Positions 39,478 to 49,025 of a stretch of 64,000 nucleotides of DNA are shown piece by piece. Within the stretch, counting starts at the first letter, position 1; each line of letters starts with the position of its first letter. Source of the DNA: Bacteroidaceae bacterium (GTDB taxonomy: Bacteria > Bacteroidota > Bacteroidia > Bacteroidales > Bacteroidaceae); assembly GCA_045588485.1 (NCBI GenBank), contig JAZNEI010000039.1, positions 9,765 to 73,764 of the forward strand, written 5' to 3'. Both the position numbers and the translations under genes were made by a program. The notes below the pieces were generated by a model that did no database searches, had not been told where the DNA came from, and was given only the letters and a program-made list of their open reading frames with translations.

Positions 39478-40011
39478 CTATTTTTCGGGATACAATATCT
39501 CATAGGTACCATCACTGTAAAACACCCGTATCTCTTTTATACGACGAACCTGTTCTGCTGCCACTGTTCGTTGCGTAGTAGTACGACGTTGTGACGACTG
39601 AGGAGCCTTAGTTACGGTCCCTTTCTGCTGTCGTGAATCATCTACACGTGGCTTATCGAGCTTTGCAGCAGGCTTTACCGGCTGTTGATACATAGGAGCA
39701 GGAGACGATTGTTCCGACTCGCCATATTGCATAAAGAGATTCGCCTCTTCAACAACAGCCGGCTCTTGCGAAGACTCTTGTTGCATAGGTGATGAGAAAT
39801 CGGGCTGTTTACCAACGCCCAACATCAGCCATTGAATATCGACTTCAGGGAACACCATTGCAACTTTTTGCAACACCTCGAGGCTCGGTTTATTTCTACC
39901 ACTAAGTATATGAGAGACCGAAGCCCTTGGTATACCGGTCTTTTCGGCAAACTGCGACGGTGTAAGACCGTAGCCATTCATTATAAATTCTATACGTTCA
40001 CGCTCATTCAT
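39478..40011 (-). CDS. XRE-family helix-turn-helix protein
   Basis: 177 aa. N-terminal Cro/C1 HTH (LTPSQFAEKTGIPRASVSHILSGRNKPSLEVLQKV), then a low-complexity linker and a conserved C-terminal tail. Confidence 0.75.
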   Translation of the reverse strand: MNERERIEFIMNGYGLTPSQFAEKTGIPRASVSHILSGRNKPSLEVLQKVAMVFPEVDIQWLMLGVGKQPDFSSPMQQESSQEPAVVEEANLFMQYGESEQSSPAPMYQQPVKPAAKLDKPRVDDSRQQKGTVTKAPQSSQRRTTTQRTVAAEQVRRIKEIRVFYSDGTYEILYPEK

Positions 40012-40865
40012 ATTTTATGCATTTATAAACTTATTACAAATGTTTACCCAAGATATTGCACAAATGTAGCCAATATTTTTTACATACACAACAAAGAAAA
40101 GAAATATAAAATTCGCAAATAAGAATGCGCAAATCTTTCAATACAAAAGTAAACACACTTTTGTAAATAGGGAAGAGCAAAGTAGACGTATAAACTAACT
40201 GAGAATACTTACTATGTATAGAAAAAAGGCTTTACATATAATTTAATTCAACATATTTGCGCTAAAATATTGATATACGGCATTATACGACATAAAACAT
40301 ACCTGTTTTAAGCGAAATATACATAAAATCAGCAAAAAGGAGGCATTTGTGTTAAAGTAAAACAACCTATAAATAATCTTAATTAATTGATTTACAATGT
40401 ATAAATATCATACAATACACATTGTATACTTTTTGCATACAGAAAATGAGCGACCTCAACCCGCAATTAACAACAATTAACATTTACAAAAAGCAAACAA
40501 GGAAATACATTTCTACCTTCTCTATATAATTTACATTTACACTATACACAATTAATATATAATAAATCAACGATGCAGGCAAAGTAAACAATATAATATA
40601 GAGACAAGAAAGAAATATTACATTTGTAAATCTGTAAAATATGTATAATTTATTATTTATGATATTGAATAGAAATTTTTCAATCAGATTATTAATAGAA
40701 AATGCGCCTAAAGTCGAAAAATCAGGAAAATTCGACTAATCTACAAAAGTAAACAGCAATATTAAAATCTCGAGAGTTATAAAATGAGATAATCACCTAT
40801 AATACAAATACTTACGCCCTATTTTCATATCACAGATTTTTCTCAAAATAGAAAAATTAGAAGAA

Positions 40866-40894
40866 ATCCCTCACTTCACACCGAAATGAGGGAT
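40866..40894 (-). terminator. Probable terminator of holA
   Basis: 8-bp stem atccctca / tgagggat. On the minus strand it is followed by the T-rich TTCTTCTAATTTTTC. Confidence 0.4.
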
Positions 40895-40914
40895 AAAAAA
40901 GCATTAAAGTCTGA

Positions 40915-41922
40915 TTAATGCATAATTTTATAAAGCAGTTCTCGCATAATCTCTCCGTCGGGGACAGTTGCACCTTCGGCACCTTTTGTTTGCGCATCGG
41001 CTAGACGAATGAGATGAAGAATCTCCATTACATGAAGCGCCCTGTAATTTCTCATCGCCTTAACATAGTCGGCAACGCCCCATTTTAGACCAAGAAAATC
41101 ACCTACACCATGCTCACTCTTATCGGGAGCATAATATGCCATCATCAGATTTGAAAAGAAACTGAATAAAAGTGCCAATGTCATCTGTATCGGGTTCTTT
41201 TTGGGATTCTGAGCAAAATAATTGATAATTCGATTGGCCTTATATATGTCTTTATTTATAATTGCATTCTGTAGCTCGAAATTATTGAATTCTTTGCTGA
41301 TCCCGATATTCTCTTCTACCACTTCGGGACTTATGAGCTTGTTTTCATTTGTTAATACAATAGTAAGCTTATCAATCTCACTTGCCATACGTATAAGATC
41401 TACTCCAACCGACTCGGCAAGCATCATAACTGCCTTACCATCAATGGCAAGCCCCTTTTCACGTACGTAACCGGTGATGAATGCAGGAAGTTTGTCCTCA
41501 CGAATTTTCTTTGAATCGAGAACTACACCAAGTTTGTCAAGTTCGGATGCTACTTTTTTACGTTTATCCAACGAGCCATTCTTATGTGCAAATACCAAGA
41601 TTGTTGACAGCTGAGGTGTTCGCACATAATTCACAAGAGCATCAATGTTTTTCAACATTTGCGCCTCTTTGACAATGACGACCTGATGTTCGGCCATCAT
41701 AGGATAACGTCGTGCTGCCGATATTATAGTCTCAATATCGGTATCCATTCCATAGAAGACAGTGAGGTTGAATTCCTTCTCAATATCGGTAAGTACATCA
41801 TTAGCAATATAATCGGTTATACGATCGGTATAAAAGCCCTCTTCGCCCATAAGATAATAAACCGGATGATAGACACCCGACTTAAGTTCAGAAAGAATTG
41901 ATTCGTATGTATATTTTGCCAT
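40915..41922 (-). CDS. holA: DNA polymerase III delta subunit
   Basis: 335 aa. The N-terminus (YHPVYYLMGEEGFYTD) and overall pattern are typical of Bacteroidetes HolA. Confidence 0.85.
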   Translation of the reverse strand: MAKYTYESILSELKSGVYHPVYYLMGEEGFYTDRITDYIANDVLTDIEKEFNLTVFYGMDTDIETIISAARRYPMMAEHQVVIVKEAQMLKNIDALVNYVRTPQLSTILVFAHKNGSLDKRKKVASELDKLGVVLDSKKIREDKLPAFITGYVREKGLAIDGKAVMMLAESVGVDLIRMASEIDKLTIVLTNENKLISPEVVEENIGISKEFNNFELQNAIINKDIYKANRIINYFAQNPKKNPIQMTLALLFSFFSNLMMAYYAPDKSEHGVGDFLGLKWGVADYVKAMRNYRALHVMEILHLIRLADAQTKGAEGATVPDGEIMRELLYKIMH

Positions 41923-41939
41923 TTTTAAACTTTTTTCGT

Positions 41940-41947
41940 TATCTTTG
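41940..41947 (+). promoter_or_regulatory. -7 promoter box (TATCTTTG) within a TCTTTGCGCTAAAG motif
   Basis: Exact TAnnTTTG match about 100 nt upstream of the ATG at 42046. Confidence 0.45.
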
Positions 41948-42045
41948 CGCTAAAGTGCGAAAATAGAGACTCATCTCGCTCATTTGCACTATTTGCGTGT
42001 CGCAAAGATAGTGCAAAAAATGCATAAAACAAATAACATAAAACA

Positions 42046-42504
42046 ATGCAACAGTTAAACCTTCCGGGATACAATGCGGTTATATCCGAGAAAGAGGGTA
42101 AGCCGGTTATTTTTGATAATCTGAGGCATATTTATGTTGCTCTGACACCTGAGGAGTGGGTAAGACAGCACTTTATACATTACCTTATCGAGCAATACGG
42201 CTACCCTGCTACACTTATGGCAAATGAAACAAGCATAACCTTGAATAACACTCACCGCCGGTGCGACACAGTTGTATATGACCGTTCTCTTCGACCTCGA
42301 ATGATTATAGAATACAAGGCACCGACAATCAAAATAGATTCAAAAGTTTTTGCACAGATATCGCGTTACAACCTTGTTCTACGTGTCGATTACCTTGTTA
42401 TAAGCAATGGACTTCAGCATTACTGCTGCAAAATGGATTATGCAAACAATAAATATGAGTTTTTACAGACGATACCACCCTACCAAGAGTTATCAAAGAT
42501 ATAA
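42046..42504 (+). CDS. HsdR N-terminal-domain (PD-(D/E)xK-like) small protein
   Basis: 152 aa. Matches my memory of the conserved Bacteroidetes 'type I restriction enzyme HsdR N-terminal domain-containing' family (CDTVVYD...IIEYK). Confidence 0.65.
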   Translation: MQQLNLPGYNAVISEKEGKPVIFDNLRHIYVALTPEEWVRQHFIHYLIEQYGYPATLMANETSITLNNTHRRCDTVVYDRSLRPRMIIEYKAPTIKIDSKVFAQISRYNLVLRVDYLVISNGLQHYCCKMDYANNKYEFLQTIPPYQELSKI

Positions 42505-42562
42505 CATACTATCTATTAAAGAATTATGCTGCTCAATTGAGCAGCATAATTCTTTAATATTA

Positions 42563-43318
42563 TTATCGCCAGTCGGTTTTCTCCTGCATCAACGGGAATG
42601 CCTTACGCATCTTTGCAACCATTTCGGGATTGATATCACCCGAGGCGCTTCCCTGACTTTTTGAACGGCATCCACCGAGTTTCTCGCCATAAGGACTTAA
42701 GACTACGCTATGCCCCACATAGTTACCATACTCGTCGACACCCACACGATTAGAGGCTGCAACATAACACTGGTTTTCTATTGCACGTGCACGTACCAAG
42801 GTATCCCAAGCAAGAATACGACTCTCGGGGAAGTTGGCCGAAATTAACAGTAAATCATATCCCTGATCGTTATGCAGGAATAACGGAAAACGGAGGTCGT
42901 AACATATTGCCGGACGGATGCGTAGTCCGCGCCACTCCCAAACAGTACGCTCGCTACCCGGAGAATATACCAGATTCTCGCCACTGTACTCGAACAAATG
43001 TACTTTGTCATAATGTCCGAGAACTCCTTCGGGGGTTACAAAATACATTCTGTTGTAGTATTTCCCGTTCTCTTGGGTCATTACGGTGCCGGCAATTGCG
43101 GCATCGTATCTCTTTGCCCACTCCATCATACGCTGCACTGTTGCACCGTTTACCTCTTCGGCAACTCCCTGTGGCTGCATGCAGAATCCTGTCGAACACA
43201 TCTCGGGGAAAAGGTAAATATCTGAATGGGGTGCTTTCTCGAGCAACTCGCCCATGTGTCGCAAGTTGGCCGGAATGTTTTTCCAAACTATATCTTGCTG
43301 TAATACTGTTATCTTCAT
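42563..43318 (-). CDS. Carbon-nitrogen hydrolase (nitrilase superfamily, omega-amidase/YafV-like)
   Basis: 251 aa. Candidate catalytic residues are E in LFPEM, K in YDKVHLF and C in PAICYDLRFP. Confidence 0.85.
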   Translation of the reverse strand: MKITVLQQDIVWKNIPANLRHMGELLEKAPHSDIYLFPEMCSTGFCMQPQGVAEEVNGATVQRMMEWAKRYDAAIAGTVMTQENGKYYNRMYFVTPEGVLGHYDKVHLFEYSGENLVYSPGSERTVWEWRGLRIRPAICYDLRFPLFLHNDQGYDLLLISANFPESRILAWDTLVRARAIENQCYVAASNRVGVDEYGNYVGHSVVLSPYGEKLGGCRSKSQGSASGDINPEMVAKMRKAFPLMQEKTDWR

Positions 43319-43344
43319 AATATGGTCATTTTTACATTTTCTTT

Positions 43345-43482
43345 AAAAGTGGGATTCACAAAGTGCATCCCTGCGCTGCCGCGGGCATCAAAGAGTGGGA
43401 TTCACAAAGTGCATCCCTGCGCTGCCGCAGGCATCAAAGAGTGGGATTCACAAAGTGCATCCCTGCGCTGCCGCGGGCATCC
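43345..43482. repeat. Tandem repeat, 3 x 46 bp
   Basis: The unit aagagtgggattcacaaagtgcatccctgcgctgccgcgggcatca occurs three times with 1-2 mismatches. The period was verified at 43348, 43394 and 43440. Confidence 0.95.
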
Positions 43483-43500
43483 TTTGCAATATTTCAAACA

Positions 43501-43530
43501 AAAAAAGCCTCAAGTAAACTTGGGCTTTTC
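43501..43530 (-). terminator. Intrinsic terminator downstream of tRNA-Ser
   Basis: Minus strand reads agcccaag ttta cttgaggct followed by TTTTTT (one bulge in the stem). Confidence 0.7.
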
Positions 43531-43546
43531 TTTGTTCGAAATATTG

Positions 43547-43634
43547 CGGAAAGAGTGGGATTCAAACCCACGGTACGGCAAAGCCGTACGCCGGATTTCG
43601 AGTCCGGTCCATTCGATCACTCTGGCATCTTTCC
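43547..43634 (-). tRNA. tRNA-Ser (anticodon CGA)
   Basis: The reverse complement folds as a cloverleaf: acceptor GGAAAGA/TCTTTCC, anticodon loop CT-CGA-AA, a long variable arm (cgtacggctttgccgtacc) and T-arm gtggg-tttgaat-cccac. CCA is not encoded. Confidence 0.9.
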
Positions 43635-43717
43635 AATAAATTCGGTGCAAAAGTAGTGAAAACTTCACTAAAACAAAAGAAAAAACTGTTTTTTTATTCA
43701 AAAAAAATATTTCAACT

Positions 43718-45544
43718 CTAATCGGCTATTACCTTCATAATACACTCGGCACAATCGAATTGCAAACGGAATCTGCGCCCATCTCCCGAAACAAGGTAGA
43801 AAGGTTCTTTATAGGTGTGCCTCTCGCCACTCTTGATACACCATCCGAGACTATACTTTATACAGTGTTTGCAATACATTATCGGCACTCCAACAACAGG
43901 GGCAATCTCAAAGGCCGGAGATATTTTTCCTACCGAATGACGACTATAAAACATACGGGCCAGAGAATTTGAAACATTGCCCACATAACTCAACTCATTC
44001 TCGATATATGGATGCGAAGTCGGGACAATCACCGATTCTGCCTGAACATATTGCTTGCTATGAGCATCAAGAAGCATTTCACATAATTTACGCCGCATAT
44101 CCGACAAAAGGGAGGATGGTACAAACCACTCCTTGGAAAGATTTACATCTACCCTATCTGCAACAAAAGGAGTATTACCCCACTTACTTAATTGATTCTT
44201 AATGTTTTCACTCTGAGGTTTACGTGCTTCATCCTTTGCAAAGGGCATCGACAGAGTCACCGTAACACCGCTTTCATCCTTTGCCGATAGGACAAAGCCA
44301 TCGACACTCTCTCCAAATTCAAGTACAAGGGATAGACGACGTGGAGTATTGGGACGGGAGAGTTCGCGCTCAAAAGCAATATCGGAGTTGCGGTACAACA
44401 TTGCACCGGGAAAAAGCGGCGGCATACTTTGAGGGAAAATACGTGTACCCTCTACTTTATTTATTCGAAATCCATGCAGTTGGCCATCACTTCCTATAAA
44501 ACAGGCTCCATCACCATTATTGAATTCTACTCCATTCTGCATAGTAAAAAACTGCCGAGAGACTACTCTGACGAGTCCCATAGGTTCTCCTATTGACTTT
44601 GGGGTATCAAAAGAGGCAATATTGCTTCGGTCACCCGATAGAAAATAATCGGTAAAGCCTCTATTAAAGCTCTTAAGTGGCGAGGGAGTGAACTGCTGTT
44701 CTATATATCCATACGAAGCACGAACATATTCGGTGCGACGCAACAATATCTCATCTATCAATTTTCGATAGTGAGCTGTAATATTCTTCACGTATGATAT
44801 ATCCTTTAAACGTCCCTCAATTTTAAATGATACAACACCTGCATCCATCATCTGCTCTATGTAATTGCTGCGGTTCATATCCTTAAGCGACAGAAAATGC
44901 TTCCGACGAGATACCACATTGCCATCAGCGTCCACAAGGTCGAAAGGCAAACGACAGAACTGTGCGCACTCACCACGATTGGCACTGCGTCCGAAACAGT
45001 GTTGCGAGGCATAACAGCGGCCACTGTAGCTGACACAAAGTGCTCCGTGTACGAATGCTTCAATCTCTACTCCGGGTACCTCATTATGGATAGCCGAAAT
45101 TTCTTGGAGTGACAACTCACGTGCCAATACCACACGAGGAAGCCCTGCTTTATGCAAAAAAGAAACCTTCTCGGGAGTACGGTTGTCCATCTGTGTACTC
45201 GCATGCAAAGGAATAGGAGGAATATCCATCTCTAAAATGCCTAAATCCTGTATTATCAGCGCATCAACACTAATTGAATAAAGTTTTTCTATAAGCAATT
45301 TAACATCAGAAATATCATCCTCGCCTATTATAGTATTAAGTGTAACATACACCTTTGCACCAAAAATATGAGCATAATCTACAAGACTCTTTATATCTTC
45401 GAGTGAGTTACCCGCAGCCTGACGAGCGCCATAACTGCCAGCACCGATATATACAGCATCGGCTCCATTATCAATAGCAGCAATGCCTGTCTCGGCATTG
45501 CGTGCAGGCGCAAGAAGCTCTATTTCAATTGGTTTACGCAACAT
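43718..45544 (-). CDS. U32-family peptidase-like protein
   Basis: 608 aa. The N-terminus ELLAPARNAETGIAAIDNGADAVYIG and the cysteine-rich centre are typical of the peptidase U32 family. Confidence 0.9.
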   Translation of the reverse strand: MLRKPIEIELLAPARNAETGIAAIDNGADAVYIGAGSYGARQAAGNSLEDIKSLVDYAHIFGAKVYVTLNTIIGEDDISDVKLLIEKLYSISVDALIIQDLGILEMDIPPIPLHASTQMDNRTPEKVSFLHKAGLPRVVLARELSLQEISAIHNEVPGVEIEAFVHGALCVSYSGRCYASQHCFGRSANRGECAQFCRLPFDLVDADGNVVSRRKHFLSLKDMNRSNYIEQMMDAGVVSFKIEGRLKDISYVKNITAHYRKLIDEILLRRTEYVRASYGYIEQQFTPSPLKSFNRGFTDYFLSGDRSNIASFDTPKSIGEPMGLVRVVSRQFFTMQNGVEFNNGDGACFIGSDGQLHGFRINKVEGTRIFPQSMPPLFPGAMLYRNSDIAFERELSRPNTPRRLSLVLEFGESVDGFVLSAKDESGVTVTLSMPFAKDEARKPQSENIKNQLSKWGNTPFVADRVDVNLSKEWFVPSSLLSDMRRKLCEMLLDAHSKQYVQAESVIVPTSHPYIENELSYVGNVSNSLARMFYSRHSVGKISPAFEIAPVVGVPIMYCKHCIKYSLGWCIKSGERHTYKEPFYLVSGDGRRFRLQFDCAECIMKVIAD

Positions 45545-45664
45545 TGTCCTAAAAATTTCGGTTAATTAGCGCGAAGATACATAAAAAATAGGGGACCTAA
45601 GTATTGAAAAGAAAAATATTTAAAAAAATATCTCACATTTTGACACCATATAAACTATTTTTAT

Positions 45665-45672
45665 TACATTTG
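45665..45672 (+). promoter_or_regulatory. -7 promoter box (TACATTTG)
   Basis: Exact TAnnTTTG match 80 nt upstream of the ATG at 45752. Confidence 0.4.
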
Positions 45673-45751
45673 CAGAAGAGGTTTTGCCATAATAGTGCAA
45701 AAAGTTGATTATAAGGCATATAAGCCCAAACCTATGCATTAAACCTACAAT

Positions 45752-46855
45752 ATGAAAAATTTAGAACAACATATAGTGCATCTTATCGCACGCCATAATT
45801 GCGTTATAATACCCGATTTCGGAGCATTTTTGGCACACAGCGTACCTGCACACTACAACATCGAGGAACAGACATTCATGCCACCCCACCGCACTTTGGG
45901 ATTCAATCCTCAGGTAAAGGTAGATGATGCGTTACTCACATCACAATATATGAGCGCTCACAGTCTTTCATACGAGGCTGCTACGGCTATGTTGCACAAC
46001 GATATACTCTCACTTAAGCGTACCCTTTCACGCAAAGGCAGTGTACGTTTCGGAGAGTTGGGCACATTCTCGATGAATATTAACAGTGAAATTACTTTCG
46101 AGGCAGCGACAAACAGCATAGACGACCCCGACAACTATGGTTTAGTACCACTGCAAATAGCTCAAATTCACGAGATTGAAGAGCGCACAATTACTATAAA
46201 ACGTCGTGACATAAGCAAATATGTTGCTGCAATAGCCGCAATTATACTTACATTCATATTTGTAACTCCTATAAGCGAGCAGGCGTTCGAGAATAGCATA
46301 AAAGCCTCAATGGGTAACTTTGCCTCGTCCGAGCAAATTTCCATGATGCAACAACTGACTTCCGAGGCACCACATCAGGTATCAAGCCAAACGGAATGCG
46401 AAATATCGCCCATAGATTTCTCAAAAACTAAAGCCAAAGAGAGCAAGAAAGAGGAACAACCCATCATTGCAAATTCGCAAACAAATGATTATCAATCAGT
46501 TGCATCGCCGCCGAAAGAGATTAACAGCGGCAATACAACCATTATGCCATCTGCAATTCATCCAACAACAAACAACATAAAAGAACCTTTGAGCAGTGAC
46601 ACTGCCCAAAAAGAGAGTGCCGATGAAGAGACAGCAATTAAATTCCATATAATTGTTGCAAGTTCACCCAATGCCGATAATGCACAATTGGCTATTAAGG
46701 AGCTGAGCCTCAAAATGGAATCGGAATACAAGGTTATAGTATGCGGTAAACGCCACCGCGTGGCAGTTGCAACATACATAACCGAGAAAGAAGCTCTCGA
46801 CAATCTACCAACGATACAGGCTACATTCCCCGATGCCTGGATACTCAACAATTAA
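45752..46855 (+). CDS. HU_CCDC81-like DNA-binding domains / TM helix / C-terminal SPOR domain protein
   Basis: 367 aa. N-terminus VIIPDFGAFLAH...RTLGFNP and a second repeat (VRFGELGTFSMN), TM helix AAIAAIILTFIFV, and a C-terminal SPOR-like domain (FHIIVASSPNADNAQ...HRVAVATY). Confidence 0.7.
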   Translation: MKNLEQHIVHLIARHNCVIIPDFGAFLAHSVPAHYNIEEQTFMPPHRTLGFNPQVKVDDALLTSQYMSAHSLSYEAATAMLHNDILSLKRTLSRKGSVRFGELGTFSMNINSEITFEAATNSIDDPDNYGLVPLQIAQIHEIEERTITIKRRDISKYVAAIAAIILTFIFVTPISEQAFENSIKASMGNFASSEQISMMQQLTSEAPHQVSSQTECEISPIDFSKTKAKESKKEEQPIIANSQTNDYQSVASPPKEINSGNTTIMPSAIHPTTNNIKEPLSSDTAQKESADEETAIKFHIIVASSPNADNAQLAIKELSLKMESEYKVIVCGKRHRVAVATYITEKEALDNLPTIQATFPDAWILNN

Positions 46856-46865
46856 TGATTAAAGG

Positions 46866-47363
46866 ATGAAAAGAGTAACTTGTCCCAAATGCGACCACCC
46901 TATTGTATTCGATGATAACGGCTACCCCGAAGGAATGGTCCTCGTATTTGAGTGCGACCATTGCCGCAAGAGTTTCACTATCAGAATAGGTGAAAAAGAG
47001 GAAGAGGCTCCCGAACAAGACTTTGGGCATTTAGTAGTAATAGAGAATAAGTTCTGCTTTAAGCAAACGTTACAACTGACTGAGGGCGACAATGTTATAG
47101 GAAGATATAACAAAGGTACGGTAATATCACACCCCATTGAGACACGCGACCCGAGCATGGATCGTCGCCACTGCATTATAAACGTTAATCGCAACGGAGC
47201 AGGCGAGTTAGTTTACACAATACGCGACAATCCGAGTGTCACAGGTACATTTGTCATGAACCGCATATTGGGCGACCGCGAGAGATTACGCATAGAGGAT
47301 GGTGCAATAATAACACTTGGTGCAACAACACTTATACTACATACGCCCGATGGCGAAGAGTAA
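46866..47363 (+). CDS. Zinc-ribbon plus FHA-domain protein
   Basis: 165 aa. CPKCDH...CDHCRK ribbon, then an FHA-like core (NVIGR...DPSMDRRHC...DNPSVTGTFV). It starts 10 nt after the upstream gene. Confidence 0.75.
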   Translation: MKRVTCPKCDHPIVFDDNGYPEGMVLVFECDHCRKSFTIRIGEKEEEAPEQDFGHLVVIENKFCFKQTLQLTEGDNVIGRYNKGTVISHPIETRDPSMDRRHCIINVNRNGAGELVYTIRDNPSVTGTFVMNRILGDRERLRIEDGAIITLGATTLILHTPDGEE

Positions 47364-47374
47364 GACTATTTAAA

Positions 47375-48418
47375 ATGATACGATTCGATTCTGATTATAT
47401 CGAGGGAGCACATCCCTCGATTCTTGATGCTCTTGTAAGAACCAATTTCGACCAAACAGCAGGGTACGGCGAAGATTCATATTGCGAGCAAGCACGTGAA
47501 ACAATCCGCCGACACTGTTCAGATAACACATTGGGAGTACAATTCCTTGTTGGAGGAACCCAAACAAACGTAACGGTAATTGATGCACTTCTACGCAGCT
47601 ATCAGGGTGTCATATCTGCCGAAAGCGGACACATAAACGTACATGAGACAGGTGCTCCCGAGGCTACAGGACACAAGGTAATAGCAATACCAACCAACGA
47701 TGGCCGACTTTTGCTTAAACAGATAAAAGACTGTTTCGAAAGCCATTGGAACGACCATGCCCACGAACATACCGTACAACCGGGAATGGTGTATCTATCG
47801 TTCCCTGCCGAGAACGGACTCATATATAGCAAAAAGGAGCTTACAGATATTTCGGAGTTCTGTCACTCAAACGGTTTATACCTCTTTATTGATGGAGCAC
47901 GTATGGGTTACGGCCTGCAGGCCGAAGGGTGCGACGTAACACTTGCCGACTTTGCCCATCTGTGCGATGCATTCTATATTGGTGGAACAAAGGTGGGTGC
48001 CCTATTTGGCGAGGCTGTTGTATTCAGTGACAAAGAGATGCAACGCAGTTTCCGATATTCAATTAAACAGCACGGTGGAATGTTGGCAAAAGGCCGTCTG
48101 TTGGGTATCCAATTTCAAGAGCTTTTGAAAGATGGAGATAATTGCCTCTACTTTACCCTTGCCCGACACGCTGATATTCAAGCTATGCGAATACGCCGAG
48201 CATTTCAGGCTAAAGGAATAGAATTTTGGAACGATTCAGTCACCAATATGCAGTTTCCTTTGTTGTCAAAGGTGCAACAAGAGATTCTGAGTAAGGATTT
48301 TGCCTTTGAATATTGGGGTAAGTACGACGATAAACGCGATATTGTACGTTTCTGTACAAGTTGGGCTACACGCAGTGAGTCGGTAGATGCACTATGCAAT
48401 GCAATAGAGAAACTATAA
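47375..48418 (+). CDS. Low-specificity threonine aldolase / beta-eliminating lyase family PLP enzyme
   Basis: 347 aa. RFDSDY, GGTQTN and the PLP lysine in IGGTKVGA. Confidence 0.8.
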   Translation: MIRFDSDYIEGAHPSILDALVRTNFDQTAGYGEDSYCEQARETIRRHCSDNTLGVQFLVGGTQTNVTVIDALLRSYQGVISAESGHINVHETGAPEATGHKVIAIPTNDGRLLLKQIKDCFESHWNDHAHEHTVQPGMVYLSFPAENGLIYSKKELTDISEFCHSNGLYLFIDGARMGYGLQAEGCDVTLADFAHLCDAFYIGGTKVGALFGEAVVFSDKEMQRSFRYSIKQHGGMLAKGRLLGIQFQELLKDGDNCLYFTLARHADIQAMRIRRAFQAKGIEFWNDSVTNMQFPLLSKVQQEILSKDFAFEYWGKYDDKRDIVRFCTSWATRSESVDALCNAIEKL

Positions 48419-48428
48419 GAAACAAACG

Positions 48429-48926
48429 ATGCAGAACCAACGAATAGAGAAGGTACTACAGTATCTTAACGAGAAAGGGATAGAACACACCTGGTATACA
48501 CATGAAGAGGCTCCAACAATTGAGATAGCACGTACCCAGTGGCGCAACGACGGTTCTAAGCATTGTAAGAACCTCTTTTTCCGTAACCACAAGGGAAATA
48601 GACACTACCTTGTTGTACTCGATTGTGAGCAGGAGCTTGATATTCACGACCTCGAAAAACGTTTGCATCAGGGAAAGCTCTCTTTTGCCTCGCCTCAACG
48701 CATGGAACGCTATCTTGGTCTACAACCCGGTTCGGTATCCCCCTTTGGACTTATAAACGACTATGATAATCACGTGCATCTGTTTCTCGATGCAAATTTA
48801 AAGAATCATCAGTCACTCAGTTTTCATCCCAATGACAATCATGCAACAGTGGTAATCTCGCAAAGCGAATTTATGCGCTATCTGACCGAGGTGGGTAACA
48901 GCTACGAATTTATCGAGTTGTACTGA
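48429..48926 (+). CDS. YbaK/ProX-type aminoacyl-tRNA deacylase domain protein
   Basis: 165 aa. CKNLFFRN...YLVVL and GSVSPFGL are typical of prolyl-tRNA-synthetase-associated domains. Confidence 0.8.
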   Translation: MQNQRIEKVLQYLNEKGIEHTWYTHEEAPTIEIARTQWRNDGSKHCKNLFFRNHKGNRHYLVVLDCEQELDIHDLEKRLHQGKLSFASPQRMERYLGLQPGSVSPFGLINDYDNHVHLFLDANLKNHQSLSFHPNDNHATVVISQSEFMRYLTEVGNSYEFIELY

Positions 48927-49025
48927 TAACCACAGCCCAAAGCAATAAGCCCGGGCAATCAAGAATCGCCTATACAAGACCGGTAAATTATTTTTGCCGG
49001 TAATTTTATTTGACCAATATGAACA

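Noticed and set aside
40012-40914. Chromosomal replication origin (AT-rich gap).
   Set aside because: I found no cluster of DnaA-box-like 9-mers (TTATCCACA or its complement), only scattered words with 2 mismatches. There is no dnaA or dnaN nearby.
43345-43482. Possible CRISPR array.
   Set aside because: The units are directly adjacent with no unique spacers, there are only three copies, and there are no cas genes in the window.
43322-43656. Two overlapping plus-strand ORFs (105 and 97 aa) across the 46-bp repeats and the tRNA.
   Set aside because: The repeat period is not a multiple of 3, and the ORFs run through a tRNA gene and its terminator. They are artefacts of repeat sequence that lacks stop codons.
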